NCBI GenBank assembly: GCA_965204745.1 | Contig: OZ242010.1 | Location: forward strand, 1,792,001 to 1,856,000 | Length of the DNA stretch: 64,000 bases | Source of the DNA: Candidatus Latescibacterota bacterium | Lineage (GTDB): Bacteria > Latescibacterota > UBA2968 | Direction of reading: 5' to 3' | Shown here: positions 49,705 through 60,374 of the stretch, in pieces | Position numbering within the stretch: the first letter of the stretch is position 1 | Layout: each line of letters begins with the position of its first letter | Position numbers and translations under genes: made by a program | The notes under the pieces: model-generated | Database searches by the model: none | What the model was told of the DNA's origin: nothing | The model's input: only the letters and a program-made list of their open reading frames with translations

Positions 49705-50904
49705 CTAATTTTTCAAAAATTCATCCAGCGCGTTCACGGCTTCGTCGATGTGTTCTTTTTCGATCACCAGCGGGGGCAAGAAGCGCGCCACATCAGGCCC
49801 GGCGACGCAGATCAAAATGTCGTGCTTTTCTCGAATCGCATTCATCGCATCTGCGGCCGGGATGTCTTTGAGCACCGCGCCGGCGATCAGCCCGCTGCCG
49901 CGAATTTCCGTCACCGCATCCGAATGCTCGTCTTTTAGCGCGTTCAACTTGTCGAATAAGTACGCGCTTTTTTCACAGATGCTGGCGATAAACGCGGGAT
50001 CGGACAGGGTCTTGAACACCTCGATAGCCACGGCGCACGACACTGGATGCGCGCCAAAGGTCGCGGCGTGATCCCCCGGTTCCACGGCATCGGCCACCTC
50101 CTGCGTCACGAGCGTCGCGCCGATAGGCAAGCCGCCAGCCAGGGGTTTGGCAAGGGTCATAATATCCGGCGCGACCCCGTATTGTTCGTAGCAAAACAGA
50201 GAGCCTGTGCGGCCCAAGCCGCACTGGATTTCGTCGAAAATCAACACCATCTGCATCTCATCGCACAGGGCGCGCACGCCTTCCAAGAACGCCGGGTCCG
50301 ATGAATGAATCCCACCTTCTGCTTGCAATGGCTCCAACAACACGGCCACGGTTTGGCTGTCGACCAATTTTTCTACGGACTCCAAATCGTTCAACTCGGC
50401 AAACGCAATGCCCGGCAACATGGGGCCAAATCCCTTGTGATACTTGGGTTGCCCGGTCGCTGAAATCCCGCCGTAAGTTCGCCCGTGAAAGGAATTGTTC
50501 ATCGCAATAATTTTGTTTTTCGGGGCGTCCTCGAAATTTTTGTACCCCCACTTGCGCGCAAATTTCAAGGCGGCCTCGATAGATTCGGTGCCGCTGTTGC
50601 AAAAAAACACGCGGTCCGCAAACGAATGTTCGCACAACAATCGCGCCAACTGCGGCGCCGGGATCGTGTGGTACAAATTGGAGACGTGGATCAATTTGCC
50701 CAACTGCGCGTTGGCCGCCTCTTGGATCAGCGGGTTGTTATAGCCCAAGGCATTGACCGACAGGCCGCTCACAAAATCGAGATAGCGTTTGCCATCCGTA
50801 TCGGTGAGATAGACCCCGTCGCCCTGTTCCAACACAAACTCGGGCCGGCCATAAGTTTGCAAAATGTACTTCTGTTCCAAGTCGATAATTTCTCGCGTGG
50901 TCAT
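49705..50904 (-). CDS. argD: acetylornithine aminotransferase
   Basis: SFHGRT, FDEIQCGLGRTG, TLAKPLAGG; arg operon context. Confidence 0.93.
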   Translation of the reverse strand: MTTREIIDLEQKYILQTYGRPEFVLEQGDGVYLTDTDGKRYLDFVSGLSVNALGYNNPLIQEAANAQLGKLIHVSNLYHTIPAPQLARLLCEHSFADRVFFCNSGTESIEAALKFARKWGYKNFEDAPKNKIIAMNNSFHGRTYGGISATGQPKYHKGFGPMLPGIAFAELNDLESVEKLVDSQTVAVLLEPLQAEGGIHSSDPAFLEGVRALCDEMQMVLIFDEIQCGLGRTGSLFCYEQYGVAPDIMTLAKPLAGGLPIGATLVTQEVADAVEPGDHAATFGAHPVSCAVAIEVFKTLSDPAFIASICEKSAYLFDKLNALKDEHSDAVTEIRGSGLIAGAVLKDIPAADAMNAIREKHDILICVAGPDVARFLPPLVIEKEHIDEAVNALDEFLKN

Positions 50905-50920
50905 GATGTGTCCTTTGAAA

Positions 50921-50976
50921 GAGGCAAGAGGTGAGAGGCAAGAGGCAAGAGGCAAGAGGCAAGAGGTAAGAGGTAA
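50921..50976. repeat. GAGGCAA/GAGGTAA heptamer run
   Basis: tandem 7-mers between argB and argD. Confidence 0.9.
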
Positions 50977-51033
50977 GACGGGGAGAGGGGGTGGGCGGCC
51001 CTCTTCCCTCTTACGTCTCACGTCTCCCCTTTC

Positions 51034-51921
51034 TCACTGTACAATTTGCGTTCCAATGCCTTCGCGTGTAAAAATTTCCAGCAAGAGCGCGTGGGGCACG
51101 CTGCCGTCGATGATGTGCGTTTTGTGAACCCCGCCTTTGACGGAACGCTCACACGCGCGCAACTTGGGGATCATGCCCCCGCGGGCAATGCCCTTGTCGA
51201 TTAGGATTTCCACGTCATTGACGGGCAGGGTTGAGATTTGGGAGTTCGGGTCGTGCGGGTCCCTGCGAATGCCATTGACGTCTGTTAGGAACACCAGCTT
51301 TTCCGCTTGTAATGCGCGGGCGATTTCGCCGGCTGCGGTGTCGGCATTCACGTTGTAACTCGCGCCATCCGGCCCCAATCCAATCGGGGAAATCACGGGG
51401 ATCATCCCCTCTTCGCAGGCGAGGCGGATGGGTTCGGGATCGATGCGGGCCACATCGCCGACATAGCCGATATCGACCTGTTTGGTCTCTCCGTCCTCTT
51501 CGACAGTGGCAAAGTGCCGGGTGACGAACATCACCCCCGCGTCTTTGGCGGACATGCCGCGCGCGCGTCCGTCGAGGATTTCCAGCCCCTCGACAATGCG
51601 CCGATTCACTTCGCCAAACAGGGTATCTTCCACCACCTGCATCGACGCCTTGTCCGTGACGCGCAGGCCATTGACCCATTGCGATTCAATGTTAGACGCT
51701 TCCAACCGCCTGCTGATGTCCTTCCCCCCGCCGTGGATGACCACGGGCCGCATGCCCACGGTTTCCATAAAGACCAAATCGGCCATCACTGTTGGCGAAC
51801 CGCCCTCTTCCGGTTGCGTGCTACCGCCGTATTTGACCACGACAATTTTGTCGCGGAACGAGCGAATATACGGAAATGCCTCGATTAAGATGGCGGCTTT
51901 TTCGATGATGTGGGGATCCAA
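51034..51921 (-). CDS. argB: acetylglutamate kinase
   Basis: VVKYGGS, HGGG, GLRVTD, NVNAD, GGMIPK. Confidence 0.96.
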   Translation of the reverse strand: MDPHIIEKAAILIEAFPYIRSFRDKIVVVKYGGSTQPEEGGSPTVMADLVFMETVGMRPVVIHGGGKDISRRLEASNIESQWVNGLRVTDKASMQVVEDTLFGEVNRRIVEGLEILDGRARGMSAKDAGVMFVTRHFATVEEDGETKQVDIGYVGDVARIDPEPIRLACEEGMIPVISPIGLGPDGASYNVNADTAAGEIARALQAEKLVFLTDVNGIRRDPHDPNSQISTLPVNDVEILIDKGIARGGMIPKLRACERSVKGGVHKTHIIDGSVPHALLLEIFTREGIGTQIVQ

Positions 51922-51933
51922 AAGTGATTCCTT

Positions 51934-51978
51934 CAGTAGTCAGTGGTCAGTGGTCAGTGGTCAGTGGTCAGTGGTCAG
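51934..51978. repeat. CAGTGGT heptamer run
   Basis: about six tandem copies. Confidence 0.9.
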
Positions 51979-52101
51979 TCCCCTCCGCTCCCAAGCCCCG
52001 AGCGGTCAGGCGTTCAAGTCTGCGATGTTTTTATCGCACTGACGCACGCGGATGGGCGGGTAGGAGGGGCACGCACGGGGCGGCTGAGGGTTGGGGTTGA
52101 T

Positions 52102-53034
52102 CTAACAAATCCCATAGAGACGCGGGAGGCCCTGCATCAAATTCATGTTTTCCACCGCTTGGGTGGTCGCGCCTTTGCCCAGATTGTCTTCGAGTGCATT
52201 GATATAGGCAAAGCCGTCGTCAACGGCCAATTTGATGATCAATGCGTTTGTGCCCACCACATCTCGCGTGCCCCACCGATGCGCGTCTGAATCTTCGACC
52301 ACGCGCACCAAGTCGTCGGGATCATAAGCCCTTGAAATGGCTTCGCGCAATCGCGTTGCGGCTCCGTCGCTCGGGAGCGATTTCAGGTCGGCGGCGAGTT
52401 CAATGCGGATATTGGCATTGATCCCCGCAAATACGGAGCGCAATACGATGGGCGTGAAATTCACGTCAAAGCCCGAATACAACGCCATTTCCGGGACGTG
52501 TTTGTGTTGCTTGCCGTAGTTATACGCGATTTCATTTGCCACGGACTCGACTTCGGCACGCGCGCCGGAATTGCCCGACGTGGCGACGATGGTCGCCTCG
52601 CCCTGAACCAGTGTTTTGAGGGGATGCAACGCGAGAATGACGCTCGTGGGATAACAGCCGGGATTGCCCACCAAGCGCGCTTGGGCGATCTGTTTTGCGA
52701 ACAGAGCGGGCAGGCCATACACCGCTTCTTTGAGCAATTCGGGGGCCGTATGGGCCATGCCATAGCCGGTTTCAAACGCCGCTTTGGGCAAGCGAAACGC
52801 CCCGCTCATGTCGATGACTTTCACACCTGCGGTCAATGCCTCGGGCGCGAATCGCATTGACTCGGGGTCCTTGGTCGCCAGAAACGCCACGTCGCAATCG
52901 GTCAGATTGCCCGCTCGGCGTTTTGAGTTTTGGCGAAACACTATCGTTGCCCGGTCATGGCGTTGCAAGCCCTTCTCGATCTCTTGCCCCACCATCCCGG
53001 TATCGCCGTAAATGCCGGTTTTAATCACTGTCAT
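52102..53034 (-). CDS. argC: N-acetyl-gamma-glutamyl-phosphate reductase
   Basis: IDMSGAFRL, NPGCYPT, HKHVPE, DNLGKGA. Confidence 0.93.
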   Translation of the reverse strand: MTVIKTGIYGDTGMVGQEIEKGLQRHDRATIVFRQNSKRRAGNLTDCDVAFLATKDPESMRFAPEALTAGVKVIDMSGAFRLPKAAFETGYGMAHTAPELLKEAVYGLPALFAKQIAQARLVGNPGCYPTSVILALHPLKTLVQGEATIVATSGNSGARAEVESVANEIAYNYGKQHKHVPEMALYSGFDVNFTPIVLRSVFAGINANIRIELAADLKSLPSDGAATRLREAISRAYDPDDLVRVVEDSDAHRWGTRDVVGTNALIIKLAVDDGFAYINALEDNLGKGATTQAVENMNLMQGLPRLYGIC

Positions 53035-53102
53035 TTCCTCGTATGCAAAAACATCGTTTTGTCTTGCGCGTTTTAACCACGTCAATGCGCGGGCGTAATT
53101 GA

Positions 53103-53591
53103 TTAGTTTATCGGTGGCGTTTTCAGGTGTACCTCAATGCGTTTTTCAAGGGCTTGGCATGCTTCGGATGAGCGACAGAGAACAAAAATGGTGTTCTCGC
53201 CAGCGAGGGTTCCGGCAACTTCTGCCCAATCTGCTCGATCAATTGCTTCGCAAACGCCCTGGGCATGGCCGGTAATCGTCTTCAAGACCAGCGTTTGCGC
53301 CACTGCTTCCACGCTGACGACAAAATCTTGCAATTCGCGCCGAAGCAAATTTTCGCCTTGCAATGCCAGTGGCCCTGCGCTAGCAAACGCATCGGGGGCC
53401 TGATAGCGGAAGCCGCCATCGCCATCGGGCACTTTCACCACGCCGAGTTCCTTAATGTCTTTTGACAGGGTCGATTGCGTGGTCGAGATCCCAATGGCTT
53501 TCAACGCTGCGCTGAGTTCTTCTTGTCGCGCAATGGGCTGCTCTGCGATCAACTTGAGAATGTTTTGCTGGCGTTCTTGTTTTGCGTTCAT
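53103..53591 (-). CDS. argR: arginine repressor
   Basis: QEEL...TQSTLSKDIKELG, GTLAGENTI. Confidence 0.95.
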   Translation of the reverse strand: MNAKQERQQNILKLIAEQPIARQEELSAALKAIGISTTQSTLSKDIKELGVVKVPDGDGGFRYQAPDAFASAGPLALQGENLLRRELQDFVVSVEAVAQTLVLKTITGHAQGVCEAIDRADWAEVAGTLAGENTIFVLCRSSEACQALEKRIEVHLKTPPIN

Positions 53592-53597
53592 AGGGAT

Positions 53598-53660
53598 AAG
53601 ATATGGGAGAAGTCGTTTAAGTCAAGAATAAAAATTCAGAAATATGAATTTTTATTCAGT
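53598..53660 (-). promoter_or_regulatory. argR promoter with tandem ARG boxes
   Basis: boxes CAAGAATAAAAATTCAGA (53623-40) and TATGAATTTTTATTCAGT (53643-60); -35 TTGACT and -10 TATCTT on the minus strand. Confidence 0.8.
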
Positions 53661-53878
53661 TATCAACCCGTGTGTTCCCTGCCTCTCCACCCAGCCGCCC
53701 AAGTGCGATCCCTTCCCGACACCGCCCCGCCGTGTGCGTGCCCTGCCCCGCTCGCCTGTCGTCAACTTGACGATGGCCCTCTTGCGTCTCACGTCTTGCC
53801 TCTCGCCTCTCACCTCTCGCCTCTCACGTCTCACGTCTCGCCTCTTGCGTCTCATGTCTCGCCTCTCATCTCTGGCGC

Positions 53879-54003
53879 ATGGTCTCTGTCTGTCTCGAAA
53901 CCACCGGGCTTTATCGCTTGGCGGTGGCCTTGGCCTTACATCGGCATCGCCGCACGCAGGTCATGGTCGTCAATCCCCATGCGATGATCAAGTACGCACA
54001 GCG
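53879..54003 (+). pseudogene. IS110 family transposase fragment
   Basis: VCLETTGLY..ALAL...VMVVNP resembles the IS110 DEDD domain. Confidence 0.65.
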
Positions 54004-54143
54004 GCATGACCAAGATTTTGAGGGCGAGAAATTCTATCGGATCACCGCGCAATCCCCTTGACCTTTAAGAGAGTATCTCACTTCTTACCTCTTGTATCTT
54101 TCCTCAAATAAGCGGAGCGAATAATGGGGGCTAGAGATAGGTC

Positions 54144-55073
54144 ATGCAATTTTTCCACACGTACATCGACCCCACAGAACTGGCGCGCATTGCGGATTTG
54201 GAACTGTTGGCGCGCACGGTGATCGCCGGGTTGCACGGGGGGGCGCATCGCAGCATGCACTTTGGGGCGTCGGTCGAGTTCGCGCAGTACCGGCCCTATG
54301 TGCAGGGCGATGATCCGCGCTTTGTGGATTGGCGGTTGTACGGGCGTAGCGACCGCTTGCACGTCAAGCAATTTCAGGATGAGCGCGATTTGCGATGCAC
54401 GGTTTTGTTGGATTGTAGCGCGTCTATGGATTACGGGTCCGGGAGCGTGGACAAATTTCGCTACGCACAGATGTTGGCCGCATGCGTGGCAATGCTGGCC
54501 GCAAATCAGGGCGATGTGGTGGGCTTTGCCGCGTACCACCGGGAATTGATAACCCGCGTGCCTGCGCGGCGAAAAGACGGGCAACGCCACCGCATTTTGA
54601 CAGCGATAGCCAATGCGAGACCCGCGGGCGAATCGACGGATACCGCGGGCGCGTTGCGCGCGATGGGCGAGGTGTTGCCCGCACGCGGCATGGTGGTGTT
54701 GATCGGGGATTTGTTGCATCCTGCGGACGAGATGATTTTGCACTTGCGTTCCCTGCGGGCGCAACGTCACGATGTGTTGGTGTTGCAAGTGAGCGATCCG
54801 GCCGAGCAGACATTTCCGTTTGACCGGGCGATCACGCTGGTCGAAGCCGAGGGTGGGCGCGAGCAATACGCGGTGCCCGAGGCCGTGCGCGAAGCCTATT
54901 TGGAAAATCGCGCGCGCCATTTTGCGGGCATCCGAGAAGCGTGTTTGACGTCTGAAATCGACATTGAAGAATTTGTGTGTTCGCAACCATTAGACGAGGC
55001 ATTGCACCGGTTTTTGTATCGGCGCAACCGAGGGCTGATCGCGTCGAGCACGCGGGCGCGAGGAGGGGCATAA
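54144..55073 (+). CDS. DUF58 domain protein
   Basis: GAHRS...EFAQYRPY..GDD...DW, LDCSASM. Confidence 0.93.
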   Translation: MQFFHTYIDPTELARIADLELLARTVIAGLHGGAHRSMHFGASVEFAQYRPYVQGDDPRFVDWRLYGRSDRLHVKQFQDERDLRCTVLLDCSASMDYGSGSVDKFRYAQMLAACVAMLAANQGDVVGFAAYHRELITRVPARRKDGQRHRILTAIANARPAGESTDTAGALRAMGEVLPARGMVVLIGDLLHPADEMILHLRSLRAQRHDVLVLQVSDPAEQTFPFDRAITLVEAEGGREQYAVPEAVREAYLENRARHFAGIREACLTSEIDIEEFVCSQPLDEALHRFLYRRNRGLIASSTRARGGA

Positions 55074-56971
55074 TGGGTTTGTTGGCGCCGCTGTTCGCAT
55101 TGGGCATGGCCCTGATCGGCATTCCGTATTTGGTGCATCGCATCCGGCGGCCCGAGCGCGAGCCCGTGCGGTTTAGCAGCCTGATGTTCGTTCCAGAGGT
55201 CAAACGCGAGGTGATCGAGCGCAGGCGCGTGCAACACATCTCGTTGATGATTTTGCGAATGGCGATGTTGGCGGTGTTGGCGCTGGCGTTTGCCCGCCCC
55301 TTCCGCGAGGTGATCTCGACTGCCGCCGCATCCCTTGGGGGCGCGACCGACCATGTGATCGCGCTGGACGTGTCCATGAGCATGGGCTATGATGGGGTGT
55401 GGGCGCGTGCGAAAATGCAGGCGAATGCCGCGTTGGATGCGGTCGCGCCTGGGGATAGGGTCGGGTTTGTGCAATTTGCAAATCGCGCTTTGGGCACTGT
55501 GCCGATTTCGGGCGAGGTGGCCTTGGTGCGCCGCGCCATTGACGAGGCAGACGCGACGTGGGCACACACGGATTACTCAGCAGCACTTCGCGCAACCGCG
55601 CAGCTGTTTGAAGCCGATACCGCGCAGGTGCGGCGCGTGGTGCATGTGATCAGCGATTTTCAGGCGACGGGCCTGGCAGACGCCGGATGGCGGTTGCCAG
55701 GCGAGATCGAGCTCCAAGCCGTGGATGTGGGGGTCGACCAGGCGTCCAATGCGACCATAGACGCGCTCGCGGTGTTGCCCGCGAAAAACGACGCGCTACA
55801 AGTGCGCGCCCGGGTGCGAAACAACGCCGGACAAAACGCGCTTGTGGTGCAACTCTCGGTCGACCGGGAACTCGCGGAAACGCGAACCGTGGAAGTGCTG
55901 CCGGGCAATGCGACGCAGGTGGGATTTGCCATTCCCGCACAAAGGGAGACGAGTGGGTATGTCGCGCTTGCCAAAGGCGATGGGTTGACCCGCGACGACC
56001 GCCGATTTTTCGCCTGGGCGGCCCAAGCGCAACATTCAATCGAAGTGTGGCAGGCCGCCGAGGCGACGCGCTTTATGCTCAACGCCGCGTTGCCAGAGGG
56101 ATCGGATCTGCCGTGGCGATTGGATTGGGCGAACCGAGGCGCGGGTTCGGTCGTCATCGCCGAAGAGATAGACGCGCAGTTCGCCGCGGAACTCGCGGAT
56201 TACGTGCAACGGGGCGGCGCGCTGTTTTTGCCCTTGGGCGAGTCCGCGGATATCGCTTCGGCAAATGCCGTGCTCGCGCGTGCCGATATTCGGATCGTGG
56301 GATTGCGGCAGGCCGGGTACGCGGAACTCGCGTGGGTCAACTTGGATCACCCCATTTTCCAGTTGTTTCGCGGTGCGCGGTTCAATGATTTTTCATCCGT
56401 GCGCTACGACAATGCCCACCTCGTCGTAGCAGACAGCGCGGCAGTGGTGCTGGCAAAATACGACGATGAGATGCCCGCTATGGTCGAAGGCCGGTTGGGC
56501 GCGGGCCGCATTCTCGTCTGGGCCGGCGGAATGGGGTTGGATCGATCAAATCTCGCGCGCACGCCCCGGTTTGTGCCCCTGTTGTACGAGACATTGCGGT
56601 ATCTGGTGGGCGAGCAAACGGTCAAAACAGCGTATCAGGTGGGGGATGCGGCCCCGGATGCAGCGCGGCAAATCGCAGGGCCAAAAGCATCTGGCGATCC
56701 CGCGCGCTTCCACGCGCCCGGCATCTACGAATGGGATGGGCAAATCGCAGCGGTGAATGTCGCGGACAGGGAGAGCGACCTGACGCGAATCACGCCCGCG
56801 GAATTTGAGATTCGCCTGTGCGACGCGCCCACATTAAACGATGGCGGCCCCGCGGCAACCGCATCGCACAAGTCAACGCCCTACGACTACGGCCGCTATG
56901 CCGTCGCGCTGTTGTTCGCATTGGTCTTGGCGGAACACTTTTTTGCCTCGCGCAAGGGATATTCGACATGA
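55073..56971 (+). CDS. BatA / vWA domain protein
   Basis: N-terminal BatA TM motif, LDVSMSM MIDAS, ISDFQ, NV..RESDL. Confidence 0.88.
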   Translation: MGLLAPLFALGMALIGIPYLVHRIRRPEREPVRFSSLMFVPEVKREVIERRRVQHISLMILRMAMLAVLALAFARPFREVISTAAASLGGATDHVIALDVSMSMGYDGVWARAKMQANAALDAVAPGDRVGFVQFANRALGTVPISGEVALVRRAIDEADATWAHTDYSAALRATAQLFEADTAQVRRVVHVISDFQATGLADAGWRLPGEIELQAVDVGVDQASNATIDALAVLPAKNDALQVRARVRNNAGQNALVVQLSVDRELAETRTVEVLPGNATQVGFAIPAQRETSGYVALAKGDGLTRDDRRFFAWAAQAQHSIEVWQAAEATRFMLNAALPEGSDLPWRLDWANRGAGSVVIAEEIDAQFAAELADYVQRGGALFLPLGESADIASANAVLARADIRIVGLRQAGYAELAWVNLDHPIFQLFRGARFNDFSSVRYDNAHLVVADSAAVVLAKYDDEMPAMVEGRLGAGRILVWAGGMGLDRSNLARTPRFVPLLYETLRYLVGEQTVKTAYQVGDAAPDAARQIAGPKASGDPARFHAPGIYEWDGQIAAVNVADRESDLTRITPAEFEIRLCDAPTLNDGGPAATASHKSTPYDYGRYAVALLFALVLAEHFFASRKGYST

Positions 56972-59900
56972 CGCCTTTTCTGCCCCTCAAATTGGAACAC
57001 GCGATCCGAGACGTGGCCGGGCAATTTGCTCGCCGGCAGCGGTTGCGCGGTCGTTTGATTTTCGGCGTGGTGTTTTTGGGCGCGCTGATCGGCGCGTGCG
57101 CGGCAGTCGTGTTTGTCGAGCGCGTGCCCGCGATTGTGCCGGTGCTGGCGTTTCTCATCTCGGTCACAGGCGCGGCGTATCGGTGGTTGTTCATTCGGCG
57201 GGAGGTCGACCGCGAGCAGATCGCGCTGTTTTTGGACGCGCACCATCCAGAACTCGAAGACCTGATCGTGAGCAGCGTGTCCCTGCATCAGACCGTGCCT
57301 GCGTCCGAGTGGATGACCGAGCAGGTGTTTGAACAAGTGCGCGCCTTGTCCGCCATTGACGCGCCGCCGGTGATCGATGGGCGCGTTTTGAAGCGTGCGC
57401 GCTACGCGGTCGTGGGCGTCTGGGGATTGGGCGCAATCGCGGTGATCGCATCGGTGTGGCTAGCTGACGTGGGCGATATCGCGCGGCGGTTGTTCTCCGT
57501 GCCCGCGGTGCCTTTGCCCTACGCCGTTGAACCGGGGAATGCGCGCGTGCAGCGCGGCACTCATCAGATGGTTTGGGTGCAAACCGAGTTGACGAGCGCG
57601 AGCAAGGCGATCCAGTGGCGTGCGATAGGGGGCGACTGGCAGACCGCGCCGCTGTTGCCCGGGGAGACGGGCGATGTGTTTGCCCACCAGTTGCGCGATT
57701 TGTTCGCGGATACGGAGTATCAGGTGCAAGTTGGGGACTATCGCTCCGATGTGTATCGGCTCTCCGTGTGGACGCGGCCCGAGGTGGTGTCGATTTCGCT
57801 CTTGTATCGCTATCCCGATTATTTGCAGATGGCCGACCGCGAAGTGCTTTTCGGCGGGGATATCGCCGCGGCCGAAGGTAGCGAGGTGGTCGTTTCCGCG
57901 ACGGTGAATAAGGCGTTGGAAGCGGCGGCGTTGATTTTGAGCGATGGCGAGGAGATCGCGTTGCGCGCTGCGGGCGACGCGGTGTGGGAAGGTACGCTGT
58001 CCATTACAAAAAGCGATGCGTACGAAGTGGCGTTGCGAGATGCAGAGGGCGAACAAAACGAGCGGGGCCGCGCGTACAAAATTTCGGCAAAGGCCGATCA
58101 GGCGCCGCGCATCCGCGTCCGTTTTCCAAAGGGGGATGACGAGGCCACGCCGATTGAGGAGGTGGCGTTTGGGTTTTCCGTCAAAGACGATTACGGGATC
58201 GCGGATTACGGGTTGCAATACGAGGTGGCGGGCCGCGCGCCTGTGCGGGTTTCGCTGAAGAAAGAGGCCGCGCGCGTGGAAAGTGCCGAGGGCGAGCATC
58301 CCATCGCATTGGAAGACCTAGGTCTCGCGGCGGGCGATTTTGTGATGTGGCTGGTTTGGGCAGAAGACGGCAAGCCCGGGCGGGCCGCGGTCGAGACCAC
58401 AGGCGATTCCTATTTTTTGGAGATTCGGCCTTTTGAACGCCGGTATCGCCAAGCCATCAGCAACGAGGGCGAGCAGCGCGCACAGGGGCAACAGCGGGGC
58501 GGAGCGAGCGATCAAAAGCAGGTGATCATCGCGATCTATAATTTGCGAAAACGCGCATCGGGCATGGACGAGGCCGAGTTTGACGATCAGAAGCAGGCGA
58601 TTGGCGAAGCGCAACAAACCGTTCGACGAGCGACTCGCAATGCCACAGAGGCGTTGACCGCCGAGTTCGTCGGGGTGCTGACCGCGCTGGCAGACGCGGC
58701 GTTTGCGGATCCGGATGCGGCATTGGCGCGGGCCTTGGGACATGCACAACGCGCTTATCGGCACATCTTGCAGACGCGGCCCAACGAGGCCGAGATCGTG
58801 CAACGGCAAGGACGACAACGCGGTGCAGGCAGAGACGCCCAACAACGCGCCTTGGACGGCTTGGAATTGGCACGCCGCCGGGATTTTCGGGAAGAGGCCT
58901 CCACCCTGCAACAGCAACTCGCCGAGACCGCCGAGGCAAAAAACAAAATTGAGGAATTGACGCGCAGGCAAGCGGCGATCAACGAAGATGTGGCGCAGTT
59001 GATTTCGGAAATGGAAAACTTAGAGCGCGAATCGCGCGAAGAAGCCCAACGCCGCTTAGAGCAGTTGCGCGAGAGCCAGCGGCAAACCATGGACGCACTC
59101 GACGCGGTCGCCGGAGAAATCGCCTCGGGCGATCTGGACGCGCAACAAGCGCGCCGAGCGCGCGAGCAGTTGGAGGGCGCGCGCCGGCAGATGGGTCGCA
59201 GCGCGCAAAACTTGGCGCGCGAGCAGTTGCAACGGGCGCGGGCCGCGGGCAATCGCGCTTTGGATGCTTTGCGCGATGTGCGCGAGCAGTTGGGCAATTT
59301 GTCGCGCAGTGCCGTAGCCGAGCGCGTGAAGATGTTGCAACGAGCAATGGACAGTTTGCGCGCCGAACAGCGCGGCTTGATCGACCGAGCACAACGCGCA
59401 CAGCGCGAGATGCGGTCCTTGGCCGATTCCGAGCGCGAGATGAACGAGATGATCGCGGACAAGCAGGAGGTGGCCGAGCAGTTCCGCGAGATGATGACAG
59501 ACGCGAGCGCGCTGGCGGAAAAATCAGCGGCGAGCCAAGGGCTGATGGCGCAAAAGCTCAATGATTGGTTGCGCGAGACGAGTAGGGCGGGGATTTTCGA
59601 AGAGATGCAAGCGGGCGAACGCCTCGTGTGGTTGGGCGCGTGGGGCGCATCCGCAGACCATGAGCGCGCTGTGGCGGATCGATTGGACCGCGCCGCGGAA
59701 GCCCTCGACGAGGTCGCCCAATTCTCGGTGCGAGACGATTTGGAGGCCCTCGAGCGCGCCAAGGAACGCTTGGAGGCCGCGATGCCCCCGTCGGGCGAGC
59801 GATTCGGTTGGGGGCCGCGCACCCCAGAGGATCGGCGCCGATTTGCCGAGGGCGGGTTCCGCGATTGGATGGATCGCGTGCGCGAGGCCGAGGCCCTGTT

Positions 59901-60174
59901 GCCCGATGATTTGGGCATCCGCCAACGCCTGACCGGCATCCGCGAGGACTTGGCGGGCATTGGCCGGGATTATCACCGCGATGGGGTGTTGCCGCAATAC
60001 GATCTGATTTTTGACCGCGCGATCAAACCCCTGACCCTGTCAGTCGAGGAATTGTCCGATCTGATCCGAGCGCGCAAAGCCGATTTCGCCGCGGGCAAGA
60101 CGGACGAGATTCCCGAACAATACCGCGCTCGGGTCGCCGAGTACTTCAAGGCGTTGACGGAAGGGAAGAGGTAA
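56968..60174 (+). CDS. DUF4175-like large membrane / Ig / coiled-coil protein
   Basis: TM N-terminus, YPDYL, DDYGI, LEIRPF, IPEQYRARVAEYFKAL. Confidence 0.8.
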   Translation: MTPFLPLKLEHAIRDVAGQFARRQRLRGRLIFGVVFLGALIGACAAVVFVERVPAIVPVLAFLISVTGAAYRWLFIRREVDREQIALFLDAHHPELEDLIVSSVSLHQTVPASEWMTEQVFEQVRALSAIDAPPVIDGRVLKRARYAVVGVWGLGAIAVIASVWLADVGDIARRLFSVPAVPLPYAVEPGNARVQRGTHQMVWVQTELTSASKAIQWRAIGGDWQTAPLLPGETGDVFAHQLRDLFADTEYQVQVGDYRSDVYRLSVWTRPEVVSISLLYRYPDYLQMADREVLFGGDIAAAEGSEVVVSATVNKALEAAALILSDGEEIALRAAGDAVWEGTLSITKSDAYEVALRDAEGEQNERGRAYKISAKADQAPRIRVRFPKGDDEATPIEEVAFGFSVKDDYGIADYGLQYEVAGRAPVRVSLKKEAARVESAEGEHPIALEDLGLAAGDFVMWLVWAEDGKPGRAAVETTGDSYFLEIRPFERRYRQAISNEGEQRAQGQQRGGASDQKQVIIAIYNLRKRASGMDEAEFDDQKQAIGEAQQTVRRATRNATEALTAEFVGVLTALADAAFADPDAALARALGHAQRAYRHILQTRPNEAEIVQRQGRQRGAGRDAQQRALDGLELARRRDFREEASTLQQQLAETAEAKNKIEELTRRQAAINEDVAQLISEMENLERESREEAQRRLEQLRESQRQTMDALDAVAGEIASGDLDAQQARRAREQLEGARRQMGRSAQNLAREQLQRARAAGNRALDALRDVREQLGNLSRSAVAERVKMLQRAMDSLRAEQRGLIDRAQRAQREMRSLADSEREMNEMIADKQEVAEQFREMMTDASALAEKSAASQGLMAQKLNDWLRETSRAGIFEEMQAGERLVWLGAWGASADHERAVADRLDRAAEALDEVAQFSVRDDLEALERAKERLEAAMPPSGERFGWGPRTPEDRRRFAEGGFRDWMDRVREAEALLPDDLGIRQRLTGIREDLAGIGRDYHRDGVLPQYDLIFDRAIKPLTLSVEELSDLIRARKADFAAGKTDEIPEQYRARVAEYFKALTEGKR

Positions 60175-60180
60175 GTAAGG

Positions 60181-60326
60181 TGAGAGGTGAGAGGCAAGAG
60201 GTGAGAGGCAAGAGGTGAGAGGCAAGAGGTGAGAGGCAAGAGGTGAGAGGCAAGAGGTGAGAGGCAAGAGGTGAGACGGAAGTTTAGCCACGAGCGGGGT
60301 ACAACTGGCGATAGCCAGTTCAAAGG
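60181..60326. repeat. GAGAGGCAAGAGGT tandem run followed by an R1 copy
   Basis: 14-bp (7+7) periodicity; R1 at about 60284-60326. Confidence 0.9.
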
Positions 60327-60374
60327 TGAGCGATATGTGTAGGGGCGATGCCCCCGTGCGTGCCAAAAATGCGG

